Assembly (NCBI GenBank): GCA_009914755.4
Contig: CP068257.2
Location: 36,480,001-36,544,000, forward strand
DNA length: 64,000 nucleotides
Source of the DNA: the human T2T-CHM13v2.0 reference genome, Homo sapiens
Reading direction: 5' to 3'
Program-made: the position numbers and the translations under genes
The notes under the pieces: generated by a model
What the model saw: only the letters and a program-made list of their open reading frames with translations
Told to the model about the DNA's origin: nothing
Databases searched by the model: none
Part shown: piece after piece, positions 38,057-51,075 of the stretch
Position numbering within the stretch: the first letter of the stretch is position 1
Layout of the letters: every line of letters starts with the position of its first letter

Positions 38057-38549
38057 GGCATCAAGCTCAAATGTTAGGGTTTGCAGTGGACTAATGCATA
38101 CTTAAGTACCTAGATGACACCCAGAAGGGACAAAAGCCCTGAGCTTCCCCACTCAGCATGCTGCCACCTCCATACCCATGTTGACTCTCTTTCTGTTTTC
38201 AGGTTGTAACCCACGTATTCTGGTTCTGACCTGCTCTATTTTCTCTTTATCCTCCTGGAGCAGGAGTGAAGTAGCAAGTATGTTGAGTCATAGGACAGAT
38301 TTCACTATTCCTTGAATGCTGACAGAACTCAGAGTCTTATGTCTCATGATTTTCCACTTGATTTCCATTTCTATGCTTTGGGTAATGAGGTTTAACTTGC
38401 CTCTCCATTGGGAATACAGATTCCTGGAAGGTAGAGAATCTTATTTTCTGTGTATAGAGTTCATAGTTAGGTTTCAGGTGATATTCAGAAAATACATTCA
38501 GAATTTTAGAGATGTATGGAGTTGTGAAACTAGCAAAATATTAATCATT

Positions 38550-38835
38550 CTTTTGACACAGAGCCTCACTTTGTCACCCAGGCTGGAGTGCAGTAGCATG
38601 ATCTCCACTCACTGCACCCTCCGCCTCCCAGGTTCAAGTGATTCTCCTGCCTCAGCCTCCTGAGTAGCTGGGATTATGGGTGCCTGCCACCACGCTTGAC
38701 CAATTTTTGTATTTGTAGTAGAGATGGGGTTTGCCATGTTGGCCAGGCTGGTCTTGAACTCCTGACCTCAAGTGATCCACTCACCTTGGCCTCCAAAAGT
38801 GCCGGGATTACAGGCCTGAGCCACAACACTCTGCC
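38550..38835 (-). mobile_element. Alu SINE (AluJ/S-like, antisense) with a 9-bp target-site duplication
   Basis: Reverse-complemented Alu 'ttttgacacagagcctcactttgtcacccaggctggagtgcagtagcatgatctccactcactgcaccctccgcctcccaggttcaagtgattctcctgcctcagcctcctgagtagctgggattatgggtgcctgccaccacgcttgaccaatttttgtatttgtagtagagatggggtttgccatgttggccaggctggtcttgaactcctgacctcaagtgatccactcaccttggcctccaaaagtgccgggattacaggcctgagccacaacactctgcc'. Flanked by 'taatcattc' at 38541-38549 and 38836-38844. Confidence 0.9.
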
Positions 38836-38892
38836 TAATCATTCATTTTAAGTGATTAAATCATCCATTCATCTACTTTTAGTACATCCTAC

Positions 38893-38950
38893 ATCCTTTT
38901 TCCTTCCTTCCTTCCTTCCTTCCTTCTTTTCATCCATCCGTCCATCCATC
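38893..38950. repeat. (CCTT)n/(CCAT)n microsatellite
   Basis: 'ccttccttccttccttccttccttcttttcatccatccgtccatccatcg'. Confidence 0.8.
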
Positions 38951-39484
38951 GATTATTAATTCAATAAATATTTACTGTTTTCCTTCTTTTAAGAGGTGTA
39001 TGACCTAAACTAAGAGGTATGGAGTTTAAATGACTTGTGGAAAATTAGAATGTTTTATTCTCTCGTTTCCCACAAGTCATTTATATAGTTGCTAAAATTT
39101 AGTAACTGCAATAAAAATACATGATTCCGGACAACATATTCTCATTTTACTTACTTCTAATATTGATATCAGATTGGTTCTCCTGCCTCTGAGTCTCAGT
39201 TGAGATCAGAAAGCGGTGATAACAGCTCATTGGGAATTGGCCATTTGCAACCAAAGTTTGTGATATAGTTGGGACAACTAACTGAATAACTGGGTCACAA
39301 TAGGAGACATCTTAAATTACTAAAGCTACATGATTTTGGAAAGTCTGGTTTCATTTATTTAACTAAACTACCAGTAATACCTTATGTTTCCAACTTTGGT
39401 TTTTGTCAGTTGAGATCTGGCTTAATATCCCTCATGGAAAAGATGGACAATTTAGGCAAAAAGTATTTATAAAGATAAAGTTTA

Positions 39485-39799
39485 GGCAGGGCACAGTGGC
39501 TCACGCCTGTAATCCCAGCACTTTGGGAGGCTGAGTCAGGCAGTTCACGAGGTCAGGAGTTCAAGACCAATCTGGCCAACATAGTGAAACCCCACCTCTA
39601 CTAAAAATACAAAAAATTAGCTGGGTGTGGTGGTGTGCACCTGTAATCCCAGCTACTCGGGAGGCTGAAGCAGGAGAATCACGTGAACCCAAGAGGCGGA
39701 GTTACAGTGAGCTGAGATAGCACCATTGTACTCCAGCCCGGGCAACAGTGTGAGACTCTGTCTCAAAAAATAAATAAATAAACAAACAAACAAACAAAG
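39485..39799 (+). mobile_element. AluS-type SINE (full length) with a (AAAT)n/(CAAA)n-expanded tail
   Basis: 'ggcagggcacagtggctcacgcctgtaatcccagcactttgggaggctgagtcaggcagttcacgaggtcaggagttcaagaccaatctggccaacatagtgaaaccccacctctactaaaaatacaaaaaattagctgggtgtggtggtgtgcacctgtaatcccagctactcgggaggctgaag…ctgtctcaaaaaataaataaataaacaaacaaacaaacaaag'. Confidence 0.9.
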
Positions 39800-40750
39800 T
39801 TTAAAGAAGAAGTGTATATTTATGTATTATTTAATTAACACATGCACCAACCGTACAACTGCCTTCAGAAAGTACCTTTCTGACAAAATTAGAATAAAGG
39901 AGACATAGTGGGTAGGGAGGAGAGGGGTTAGGTGGGTAAATTTAGGCTATGCCAAATAAAAATGGGGCCCCTAGGAGTGGGGTGCCTAGGACTAGCATTG
40001 GCAGAAACCACTGGAGCCTCGAGCCAGCATCCTTTTGCTGAGGCCTCTGCATAGTTGATAGAGCAGTCCCAAAGATGTAAATGGAGCAATTAGATATCAT
40101 TCAATTTATAGTGCTCTTGGCAAGAAAAAGATCTTTCAGAATTCTTCATCTGCCCTAGGCAAACCTTTAGAGGCTCTCCTCTTGCTTATTCACACTTGTG
40201 GCAATTTTCCAAGAAGAAATTCCACTAAAAAGAGTCTATTTTTTAATCCAAATTGAGCAAATGGGGAAGTAGTCTAGGATGATGGTAGGAGTTGAAATTC
40301 TGGTGTCAGACTGCCAGAGTGCAAAAACCTGGCCCAGGCCTCCCTCCTGTCTACTAAGCAGGAAGGGGGAGGATGTGAAGAGGTGGTGGTTGGGGGTTGG
40401 TTTACCTTGGCTAAGCTGCTCCTCTAAGCTTCCACATTCCCACTTGTAAAATAGAGTAATAACAGTCCTTACTTGGCAAAGTGGTTAGAAGGACTAGATG
40501 AGCCACTTCTGAAGAAGTGCTCAGTGCATAGTAAGCAAGAGAAATGATAACTGTTGTTCACATGTGTACAGTGAATGGGACTATTACATGACCATCACAT
40601 CAATGATAATTACATTTCCATTATTTTTCCTTTTAACTCATAATACCTTTGGGTATTTAGCTGGAATGCAGCATATTTTACTAAATGGATACAGTAGAAT
40701 GCTCCATTTAATAATGATATCTACTTTGTTTTCTTGTCCTCAAATCAAAG

Positions 40751-40863
40751 GGACCCGAGTGCAGTGGTCCAGCTATTCAGGAGGCTGAGGTAGGAGGATA
40801 GTTTGAGCCCAGGAATTTGAGGTTAGCCTGGGCAATATAGCAAGACCCTATCTCTAAAAAAAA
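40751..40863 (+). mobile_element. Alu left-arm / FLAM-like fragment
   Basis: 'ggacccgagtgcagtggtccagctattcaggaggctgaggtaggaggatagtttgagcccaggaatttgaggttagcctgggcaatatagcaagaccctatctctaaaaaaaa'. Confidence 0.6.
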
Positions 40864-41049
40864 TCAAATGGAGAAAACTATTGGTCCATATTCTATGTTA
40901 TAGACAAGATACAAAAGACAAACTCAGATTAATGCAAGTTAACCAACTCTATAAAAATTCATAGAATTTTATTATTATTTAAACTGCCTTTTCTACCACT
41001 GCTATATTTGTTGACTCTGCCTAGGCATGCTTTAAAAATTCCATAAACA

Positions 41050-41342
<293 letters not shown>

Positions 41343-41939
41343 TCATTACTAGATATCCATCAACATTGGGAGAGAATCTAAAGCAACTTATCCCCCATTC
41401 TTTTACCCAGCTGTATTTTCTGCTAAGCCACCTATCTCAATCTGAGATTATATTACACATTTAAAATTTTCTGGTTTATCATCCCTTCCTAAAATGCATA
41501 CCTGAGGAGGGTGGGGACTCATTTGGTCTTGCTTACCAGTGAGCCTCTGGTGGACTGATAACACTCCATAAATACATGTAGAATGAATGTCAAGTAAATA
41601 AATTCAGAAAATGGGCATTTATGTTTCTAAGTTGAATATGTATTCACAATTTCAGTTAATACCCACTTGCTTTTATTATTTATCTTGTGAGATATGACAT
41701 TTCCAATGCAAGCCTTGCCCTACTGAAACCATCATTTGCTGAATGTGTAATTTTCATCAAACTGTACTTTAATATTAATCAAAATGAAAAGAATCCTCTT
41801 CTAAATATTTGTTGACCTTGAGCTTATATCATGTTTGCATAATGAGATTTAAGTAGAACATACTTTAAGGTGCAAAGAGATATTTTTTCATATTCTGTGT
41901 TACAAACAAGACACAATAGATAAACTCAGATTAATCCAA

Positions 41940-43060
41940 GAAACAAAAATAAAAAAATGAAAGATCAAGAAAAAGCTGTTTTTTTAAAAGATTAACAAAA
42001 TGCACAAGCCCTTGGTGTGATTATCCCAGAAAAAAAATAGGACATAAAGAAATAATATTAAGAATGAAAAAAGTTATCTAATACAGGATTAGTAAAGATT
42101 TTTAATATCACAAGAGAACATAATTTTGATAAATTTAAATCTTAGTTTAGACAATTTTCTAGCAATTATAATTTTACAAAACTAACTCAAGAAGAAATAA
42201 AAATGTGAATAAACTACTAATTGTCAAAATATTATATACAAACTCGTTCTAAGCCTAGAAAAAAAACTGGGAGAAGTCCTCAACTTATTCTATATGGTTA
42301 ATATAACCTAGATACCAAAGTTTAAATCTCTTTTTTTGAATTATATGAATTTTATGAAAAATTCTAAATAAAGCATTCATAAATTGAATATTTTAAAACC
42401 CCAGATACATCATGACTCAGGGATGAGGCTTGACTTGACACAGAAGAATCTACTAATGCAATTCACTACATTAATAGAGAAATGTAGAGACACCATATGA
42501 TCACCTCAAAAAGTGCCAAAAAGGCAATAAAATTCAATAGTTATGGCTTGTAAAAACCGGAAGTAAACTAAAAACAGATGGAGACTTTTTCATCTGATAA
42601 AGGATATCCACCAAAAACAAAAATAAAAACAAACATAAAACAAGTAAACACCTACAAATCTACTGTGAATTTCTCCCTCTGTGGCTACAGATGAGTAAGT
42701 GCAGGGTCTTTGGCAGCTAATAGATCTGGAGGAGCCCTTGTCCTTTTATAGGACTTAGAACTTTAAGTACAAAAGTTCCAAATAAGTTTGACGGAACAAA
42801 TAGGCACCAGCTTGGGCAAAAAAAAAAAAAAAACAAAACTGAGCCTTCATCACAACCATCTTGGATTACTGAGCAGGAATCCTATACAAGATAATTTTTT
42901 TAAAAAGATAAAACAACAACTCATATAATGTTTAAATAAACACATATTAAAGATTTAGCCCATTCGTTAATGAGGGAACCAAGATCTTACAGTCAATTCA
43001 AAGAAGAATTCAAAACACATAGGCACACACATACGAAATAAGAAATGCTGAAATAAATTT
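41940..43060 (+). mobile_element. L1 fragment (old L1M), 5' half of ORF2
   Basis: A/T-rich sequence with L1 ORF2-like stretches, for example '…ttctaagcctagaaaaaaaactgggagaagtcctcaacttattctatatggttaatataacctagataccaaag…', which parallels ORF2 '…[39 protein letters not shown]'. The boundaries are approximate. Confidence 0.45.
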
Positions 43061-44970
43061 ATAAATAAATGCAAAATTAGTCAATATTTCCAGGGCAATT
43101 GTGAACTACATCTCCACTGGGTACAATTTGTTTGAGTTTTTATCGGCAGGAACCAGTTGGATGACAGTTTTTGTGGAGGTGTGAAGTAGCTCAAAGACAA
43201 CAAAAGGCAGAGCCCATGCAGAAGGTACCACCCCACCATCCGCTTGCCCATTTTAACATCTTTCACAATTTCTGTTAACAGTTTAAATTATATTTTGATG
43301 TTGATCTCTTTTAAATACTTGATTAGGGAATAATTTTCTTTATTCTCTGATGTTGCTGACGCTTGGCTTAATAAAGAGTTTTTATTTTCTTATTTCTCTT
43401 TAAAACGTGAAATCAGTGGAGCCATATGCCAGTGTCAGTTAGATATGTCTATGGAAAGTCAGACCACACTCCTGTTGGGCCCCAGCTGGCTTACCTCAAT
43501 TGCTAGCAAAATGCTTGCAAGGAAAATGTGGAGACAGCCTAAGCTACAGAAACCATCTTGCTTTTTTTCTGATAACATAAGTTTTCAAAGCAATATTTAA
43601 ACAAAAGACAACATGTTTTTTCCCCAAGTAAATATCTACAGCCTTCCTCCCAGCCTGTCTTACTCCCAAATCATGTCCTTGTTATTTGCAGGTATCCAAA
43701 TGTCTGCATGTGGGAGCATTCCTTGTGGATTAGGGTGTTAGTGTCTAGGAGTCTCCTCTTTTATGAAATGCAAACATTCTTTGAGCACAATTGCAACATC
43801 AGCTGTGATATTTACCTAAATGTTTCCCAAGGATAAGTGGCTTACGTCAGAGCCCTGAGGCTACAGGATGTAGGGTTTGACCAGCAAGAGATTTGAGGGC
43901 AGGTAGGTATCCCATGAGAAAAAAAGTATCAGAGACACAACAGCATTATCCCAGGACATGAGGTCCTGGAGGTTAGAGGCAGCCCACAAGAAAGCAGTGA
44001 TCCCAAAAAGAGACAGGAAGGTGCTAACGACAAAACTCATCTTTGTGTCTACTCCCAGGCTGATCCGTGATTACCAAAATGATCCAGTCCACAATTTCCA
44101 ATGCTGAAGACAGAGGAAAGATTTGGGGCTGAGAGTGATCTATGTTGTTTGTTTATATACAAGACATTAGGTACCCTGGGCCATTGACCTCATAGAGAAC
44201 AGGCAGCATTTGTTGTCTGCCAACTCTGGATTCTGCAGGCATCAAAGGATTAGACTCTCATAATGAAATCAGCCCTTTAAGCTACTCGGAAGACTTACGA
44301 TAGGGATCACTACCCAGATTAATTTGCTACCAAATAGAGAATGAGAGGCCAAGATAAACAAAAGAGAGCAGCCAGCTGGTAGGGTTTGAAAAAAAAAATG
44401 CAAGCCATTCATTTTCCTTTTGTTCTTGTATTTCCAATTGAATTATGATGGCTCATCTTTTCTAACCTGATATGAGCTGAATTTTTTATGATTTAAATTT
44501 GCTCATTATATTTCTATTGCAGAGTGGTTCTCTGAAGAACGAGCCTGTTGCTGGCTGTCAGGGTGTCATGATGGTATTGCGCAAATCCTCGAGGCAGCTT
44601 TCCAGGGCTGCTGTCAGCCTGCTCATGCCCTTTAGCCACTGGGCAGTAAACGAGGATCTCTAGGACTGAATACATAATTTGAGGGGGTTCTGTGCAAAAT
44701 GAAAATGCAAGGTACCTTGTAAAAAATAAGACTTTCATCAGAGCAACAGGGAGCTTCTGGGTCCAGGCCTCAGGCCACACACCCATGAAGTTGACCCTGG
44801 GGGTCTCAGTGATGGGATAAGCAAATCCTTTCCCACAGCAATTACATAAACTGTCTTGCCAGGGACTGAAGGCTTACAACTTGGGAGTCAGATACACTTT
44901 GTAGCTCAGAAAGCTGACTTTAATAAAAGTAGTGTACCTAGAAGACAGCTGTTTATTTGTAGAGGTGGCT

Positions 44971-45348
44971 TGATATGTTTTGAATTTGTGTCCCTACCCA
45001 AATATCATGTCAAATTGTCATCCCTAATGTTGGAGGAGGGGCCTGGTGAGAGGTGATTGGATCACAGGGAGGGACTTCCCCTTGCTTTTCTCTCAATAAT
45101 GAGTTCTCACAAGATCTGGTTCTTCAAAAGTGTGTGGCACCTCCCCTACTCTCTCTTTCTCCTTCTCCGGCCATGCAAGACATATCTGCTTCTCCTTCAC
45201 CTTCCACTATGATTGTAAGTTCCCTGAGGCCTCCCCAGCCATGCTTCTTATACAGCCTGTGGAACTGTGAATCAACTAAACCTCTTTTCTTTATAAATTA
45301 CCTAGTCCCTGTTAGTTCTTTATAGCAATGCGAGAATGGACTAATACA
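44971..45348 (+). mobile_element. MaLR solo LTR, MST/THE1 family
   Basis: 'tgatatgttttgaatttgtgtccctacccaaatatcatgtcaaattgtcatccctaatgttggaggaggggcctggtgagaggtgattggatcacagggagggacttccccttgcttttctc…gttctcacaagatctggttcttcaaaagtgtgtggcacctcccc…ccatgcaagacat…cttccactatgattgtaagttccctgaggcctccccagccatgc…ctgtggaactgtgaatcaactaaacctcttttctttataaattacctagtccctg…tagcaatgcgagaatggactaataca'. Confidence 0.75.
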
Positions 45349-45999
45349 TGGCTTTACCTTAGATTTCTTGGAATCTGTAAGTTGATCCAAATTGCTTGAT
45401 GAATGTATTCTCTAGGGATCCATGTGAATCTCTCTTTGAGAAGATTTTTCTCTTGTGGCTTCACTTAGAGTCTATCTACCTTTACATAGGTGCATTTATA
45501 TTGAGGTGATTGATTATTTGGGTAACAGCTCCATGTATACTATGATATTTATAGGGGCCCCATTTGTATTAGGGTTTGTAATTCTGTCAGCATGAAGCAA
45601 TCATTTCAACGGACAATATTTAATTTTTAATGTAGGATTTATCTAACCAGGTTCTGCAGAGGTGTTCTTGGGGTGCTCCAGTGCTCAAGTTAGGAAAACG
45701 CTGCTTTAGGTCTAAGTCAGGTTCGAATCAAAGGTTTTGAGGTCTTAGTGATTAATAAGTTCTGTGCCCCTTCTAATGACGGTATGTAAGTCCAAATGCC
45801 ATATGCAAATCAAATCTTTGAAGGAATTGATAGAAAATGGCAATCTTCATTCAGATAAGATTTAGCCTAGTGGTTAAAAAAAAATTCCAAATAACCAAAT
45901 ATTGAGGAATAATAATGTAGCAACAACAACAGTTTTGAGTACTCACAGCATGACAGATACTTTTGGTGTATTTTTCCAGTCCTGTGAGATAGGTCCTTG

Positions 46000-46140
46000 T
46001 TGATCCTCCATTTTGCAGATGAGAAAAATGAAGCAAGAAGGATTCAGTAACTCACCCACGTCTCCAGGCAGCAGGAGGCAGAAGTCAAATTTAATTCCCC
46101 AGAATCTGACTCTAAAGCAAGTGCTTTACCCTCTCAATTT
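46000..46140 (-). mobile_element. MIR SINE fragment (antisense)
   Basis: 'cattttgcagatgagaaaaatgaagcaagaaggattcagtaactcacccacgtctccaggcagcaggaggcagaagtcaaatttaattccccagaatctgactctaaagc' matches the reverse-complemented MIR core 'ttttacagatgaggaaactgaggcacagagaggttaagtaacttgcccaaggtcacacagc…ggcagagccgggattcgaacccag…'. Confidence 0.5.
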
Positions 46141-48369
46141 CATTTCTCTACACACTTGTGCTGGAAAATGCATGAAAGTTTGCATGATTTCACACTTTCA
46201 CATGAGCATGAAGATCAGAATTTATGGGGATATGATTGTTTTAAATTGTAGGTTTTATTATTATTCAGGCATAGTGAGTTCAGCAGATCAGGAGATGACT
46301 GCCATTGAAAGGATGGTTTATTACTCACAGTTCCCAAGAGCAGGAGGCAGCCACACCATACAGGGCCTTTTGGGGAAGTGCCAGGATTGGTCAGGAAGCA
46401 GAGGGGCTGGGAGGAAAACATGGACAAGAGCATTTATTACAGTTTCTGTGAGAAGGAACAGGTGAGGCAGGATAGACAGACTTAGGATTGTCTGGTTTAA
46501 TAATTCCAAAGGGCTCTGGGCTGCAGGGGCTGTCTCTCATTGCCTGGTACCTGGCCATGGGATGATTTGGGCAGGTGAATGGTGGGGGAGGCTTGTGAGA
46601 ATCTGATAAAGAAGGTCTTTGGGGCATGGGCTCTGGGTTAGTTGGTTTGCATCTGGAAGACACCCTTGTAGGCAAATAATTTACTATCTTTAGAAATTGG
46701 CTATCCCTGGGAGGGGCAGTCTCTCCAGGGTCAGCAAGGCCCCAGATGTCAAAGCTTCAGAATTAGAAGATATGCTTAATGCATTGACCTGGAAGACCTG
46801 GGCTGACAAGAGGGACAGGGACTGCTGCCTGGTCTAAAGAGTCACCTCTTAGGACCAGTGTCCTCCCCTTTGTTAAAAGAAGACAAAGAGTCCTTGAAGA
46901 ATGATCATAAAAAGATGATGCCAAAGTGTCTTGGGGAGACAGCCACATTTTTCAGAGCTGTAGCCACATGTCTCAAAGATGTAGACTTGTGGGTAAATGG
47001 TACTTGAAGCAGAAAGCAAATGTGACACTTAGTGATTGTAAGTAATCAAGATGACACTTCTTGGTAATTAGGCAGAGACGATAAGTAATTTTTTAAAAGT
47101 TTCAGATGCCTATTGCTTTTGATTTTCTCTCCTCTCTTTGTTAGTCTCCTAATGTCAATAAGTAGAATTCATGCCAATGACACCTAACATCAGTCCTTTC
47201 TCCCTGGCCCAGCAAATAAACAAAAACACAGAGGAGGCTGCCTGGAGAACTGAGTGTTGCCTCTCACCTGCAGCACACAGGACAAGCTGGGTTCTTCGGG
47301 CTCCACATTAGAGGTCTCTTTCAACCAGTACCCAGATCCCAGCCCACCTTCTCTTGGCTGAGTTCTGGAGCAGACTTCCAAGTGCTCTTTTATTTCTGTT
47401 TGGAATCTGGGAGTCTTGGTGGTTGAAGACATAAGGCACCAAGATATCTGGGCTTGGAGGGGAGGATTCTAGAGTTCTAAGCAGGGGCACTAAGCTCTAG
47501 CATTGAGAAGTAGAAATGGAAGAGAGGAGAGGGACGAGTATTGTGAACAAAAAGTTGGGGTGGCTGGGTTTTGTACACCCAGAGGTTCTCAATGAATGAG
47601 TCTCCATCAGCCCCTGAGGCTTCCTCTCTCTCAAGGGGCAGGAGAATACCTGGAGGAAGTGGGGTAAAGAGGTCATGGAGATTAGCAGTTTTTCACCCTT
47701 TGAAAGTGTTAGGCCATGTGATGGAGCCTCCAGACCCAGAATCTCATTTAGTCCTTATACAACCTGAAAAAGTCTTCCAAAACCTTAGGGGCAAACACAT
47801 CCCATCTCTTTCATTTTTCCCCCCAATGAAAATGGGTTTATCCTTTAAGGGCACTCTTATTTGGAGGTCCAGTACTCCCCCCTTTGATGTTCTCTCCTCC
47901 TCAAATTGTCCACAAACCTAGAGGGCTGATGTGGTCCAAATGGACCCAGGTTTAATCAAACTGTCTCCCCAATGAAAGCTAAGCTTCAGTTGGTGCTCGC
48001 TGCCACATGGCTTGAGCTGAGTGCTGGTCCTTTCCACCTGAAAGATACTGCCGGGCAGCTGCTGACCCAAGCTCTTTCCCAAGACATTGTGTTTTTTTAA
48101 GAGTGGCCAATGATACTCACTTGGAGCTAAACTCAGCTAATAGGATGCCATGATCTGAGGGCCTCTGCCTTTAGAGCTCAACCACTAGAACAAAAGGTCT
48201 CTCCCTACCCCCTCCTTCTAAGGGTGGACTCCTTGCTACTAGCAGGGAGCCAGACAGTCTTCTTAGACGTTCCCCTGAAAGTAAAGCTGCTACCTGCTCA
48301 CCCTTAGGCAGCTACACCTGATTCCAAGCTCTTTCAGTATCTTGAAATTGCTCGATTCTCTTTCTTTTT

Positions 48370-50690
48370 CGTTTCTCAATATATTTTATTTTTAGAGCAG
48401 TTTATGTTCACAGCAAAATTGAGAAGAAAGTACAGAAAGTTTCCACACACCCCCAGTCTCCATACATGATGGCATCACCCTAGTCAGCAGTCCACACCAG
48501 AGTGGTACATTTGTTACAAATGATGAATCCGCACTGACAACTTATAATCACCCAAAGCCCATAGTCTAAGTTAGGGTCACTCTCAGTGCCATATATTTTA
48601 TGTGATTTGACTATATGTAATGACAGGTATCCACAGAGATACCTGTATGACAGAGTGCCATACAGAACAGTTTCACTGCACTGAAAATCCTCTGGGATCC
48701 TCCCATTAATCACTCCCTCCCACCAACCTCTTTTCATTGTTTCCATAGTTGTGCCCTTTTACAGAATGCCAGACCATTATAACAACACAGTATGGAGCCT
48801 TTTTAGATTGGCATCTTTCTGAGTTTTGGAAATTATGTAAAAACCTGCTCTACATGTCCCTGAGAAGGTTTTGATTGGATATAAGTTTTCAACTCGCTTG
48901 TGAAAATACCAAGAAGTATCCTTGATGAATTGTATGGTAGGAATCTGTTTAGTTTTGTAAGTAACAGCCAAATTGTCTTCTGAAGTGCTAGTAATATTTT
49001 TCATAATCACCAGCAATGAATGAGAGTTCCTGCTGCCCCACATCCTCACCAGCATTTGGTGTTGTCAGGGTTTTATATCTTGTCTGTTCTAATAAAAGTG
49101 TAGTGCCATCTCATTGTTGCTTTGACTTGCAGTTTCCTGATGACATATGATGTTGAGAGTTTTTTCATATGCTCATTTGCCATATTTATATCTTTTTTGA
49201 CAGAGTGTCTGTTCAGGCCTTTTGCCCATTCTTTAATAGGTTGTTCATTTTTTTGTTGTTGTTGAGTTGCAAGTATTCTTTGAATATCTTGAATAATATT
49301 TCTTTCCAGATATGTACTATGAAAATATTTTTCTTCCAGTCCATGGCTTGTCTTCTCATTCTCTTGACAATGTCTCTCACAGAATTTTGGGTCTTTTTTG
49401 TTTGTTTTTAAATTTCAATGAAGGTCAGCATATTACCACTGTATTCATGGTGAATTAGATTTTCTCCTGTCTTCTTCTAGGGGTTTTATAGTTTTGTGTT
49501 TACATTTAGGTCTGTGACCCATTATGAGTTAATTTTTGAAAGGGGTGTAAGGGCTAGGCCTATAGTCATTTTTTTTTTCCTGCATGTGGATGTTTAGTTG
49601 TTACAGCACCATTTCTTGAACAGATTATCTTTTCTCCATTGTACTGCCTTTGATTCTTTGTAAAAAATCATCAGTTAACTATATTTGTGTAGATCTATAT
49701 CTGAGGTCTGTATTTTGTTCCTTTGATCTATTTGCCTATTGTTTTGCCAATACAACACTCTCCTGATGATTATGGCATTGTAATAAGTATGGAAGGTGAA
49801 TAATATCAGTCCTTTCACTCTATTATTCTTTAATATTGTATTGATTATTTTGAGTCTTTTTATCCTCATATAAACTTTAGAAGCAGTTTATCAAAATCCA
49901 CAAAATAATTTCCTGGGGTTTAGATTGGGATTGTGTTGAGTCTATAGGTCAACTTGGACAAAAGTAGCATCTTGACAATATTGAGTCTTTATAGAAATAA
50001 AAATAAAATATTTCTCCATTTATTTAGCTGTTTGATTTCTTTCATCAGAATTTTGTTGTTTTCGTCTTGTACTTATTTTGTTAGATTTATAAGTATCTCA
50101 TTTCAGAAAGTGCTAATTTTAATGGAAAACAATTTATTTTTAATTAAAATTCATTTTTAATTATAATTTAATTTATAGGAAAACAGTTTAATTTTGTTAA
50201 CCTTATATCCTGTACCTTATTATAATCACTAGTTTCAGAAATTATTTTTGGTTATTTTGGATTTTCTACATAGACAACACTGTCATTTGTGAAAAAGAGC
50301 AGCCTATTTCATTCTTCACAAGCAATATATCCCCTTTTCTCATATTACTGCATTAAGACTCCCAGTAAAATGTTGAGAAGGGGTGCTGATAGAGAACATC
50401 CTTGCCTTGGTCTCGACGTTAGCAGGGTAATTTCTAGTTTCTCACCATGTTGGTTATGATGGTAGCTCTACATTTTTTAATAATATTCATTATCAAGTTA
50501 AGGAAATTCTCCTGTATTATTGAGCTGGTTTTTACCATGAAAGGGTATTCGATTTTCTCAAGTGCTTTCCTTTCTATTGATAGGGTCATGCTATTTTTCT
50601 TCTTCATATATAGGATGGATTGCATTACTTTCTTTTTATTTGTTCATTTATTTATTTTCTTTTCAACTTATTTTAGGTTGAAAGGGCACA
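48370..50690 (-). mobile_element. L1 (old L1M family), 3' UTR plus ORF2 C-terminal half, antisense
   Basis: The left end is the reverse-complemented L1M 3' terminus 'ttttagagcagtttatgttcacagcaaaattgagaagaaagtacagaaagtttccacacacccc…'. The - strand ORFs at 48777-49055 ('…WGSRNSHSLLVIMKNITSTSEDNLAVTYKTKQ…') and 49675-49869 ('…WQNNRQIDQRNKIQTSDIDLHKYS') are recognisable L1 ORF2 C-terminal stretches. The 'cagcaatgaatgagagttcctgctgccccacatcctcaccagcatttggtgttgtcagg…' block at about 48990-49385 is antisense L1 ORF2 sequence. Confidence 0.65.
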
Positions 50691-50699
50691 TGTAACAGG

Positions 50700-51075
50700 T
50701 TTGTTACATGGGTAAATTGTGTGTCATGGGGGCTTTGTGTACAGATAATTTTGTCACCCAGGTGATCGGCCTAATACCTGATAGATAGTTTTTCAATCCT
50801 CACCATCCTCCCACTCTCAACGGTGGACTGGATAAAGAAAATGTGGTACATATACACCATGGAATACTATACAGTTGTTACAAAATGAGATCATGTCCTT
50901 TGCAGCAACGTAGATCGAGTTGGAGGTCATAATGCTAAGTGAATTAATGCAGGAATAGAAACTAAATAAATACTTCATGCTCTCACTTTTAAGTGGGAGC
51001 TAAACAGTAAGTACACAGGGACACAAAGAAGGGAACGATAGACACTGGGGTCTACTCTCTTAAGAAAAGGCAAGA
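50700..51075. mobile_element. Rearranged L1 3'-UTR pieces: extreme 3' end antisense (50700-50840), then the preceding 3'-UTR segment in sense (50841-51075)
   Basis: The 50700-50840 piece, 'ggcacatgtaacaggtttgttacatgggtaaattgtgtgtcatggg…cacccaggtgatcggcctaatacctgatag…tcctcccactctcaacg', is the reverse complement of the L1 3'-terminal 'tgcacatgtaccctaaaactt…' region. The 50841-51075 piece, 'ggataaagaaaatgtggtacatatacaccatggaatactatacag…tgagatcatgtcctttgcagcaac…tgctaagtgaattaatgcagg…tctcacttttaagtgggagctaaacagt…cacagggacacaaagaagggaac…cactggggtctactc', is the sense L1 3' UTR just upstream of that region. Confidence 0.5.

Noticed and set aside
46013-46675. 150-aa + ORF (MQMRKMKQEGFSNSPTSPGSRRQ…) and 94-aa - ORF
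   Set aside because: The + ORF starts inside an antisense MIR element ('cattttgcagatgagaaaaatgaag…') and continues through LTR-like sequence. It is a repeat-derived chance ORF.
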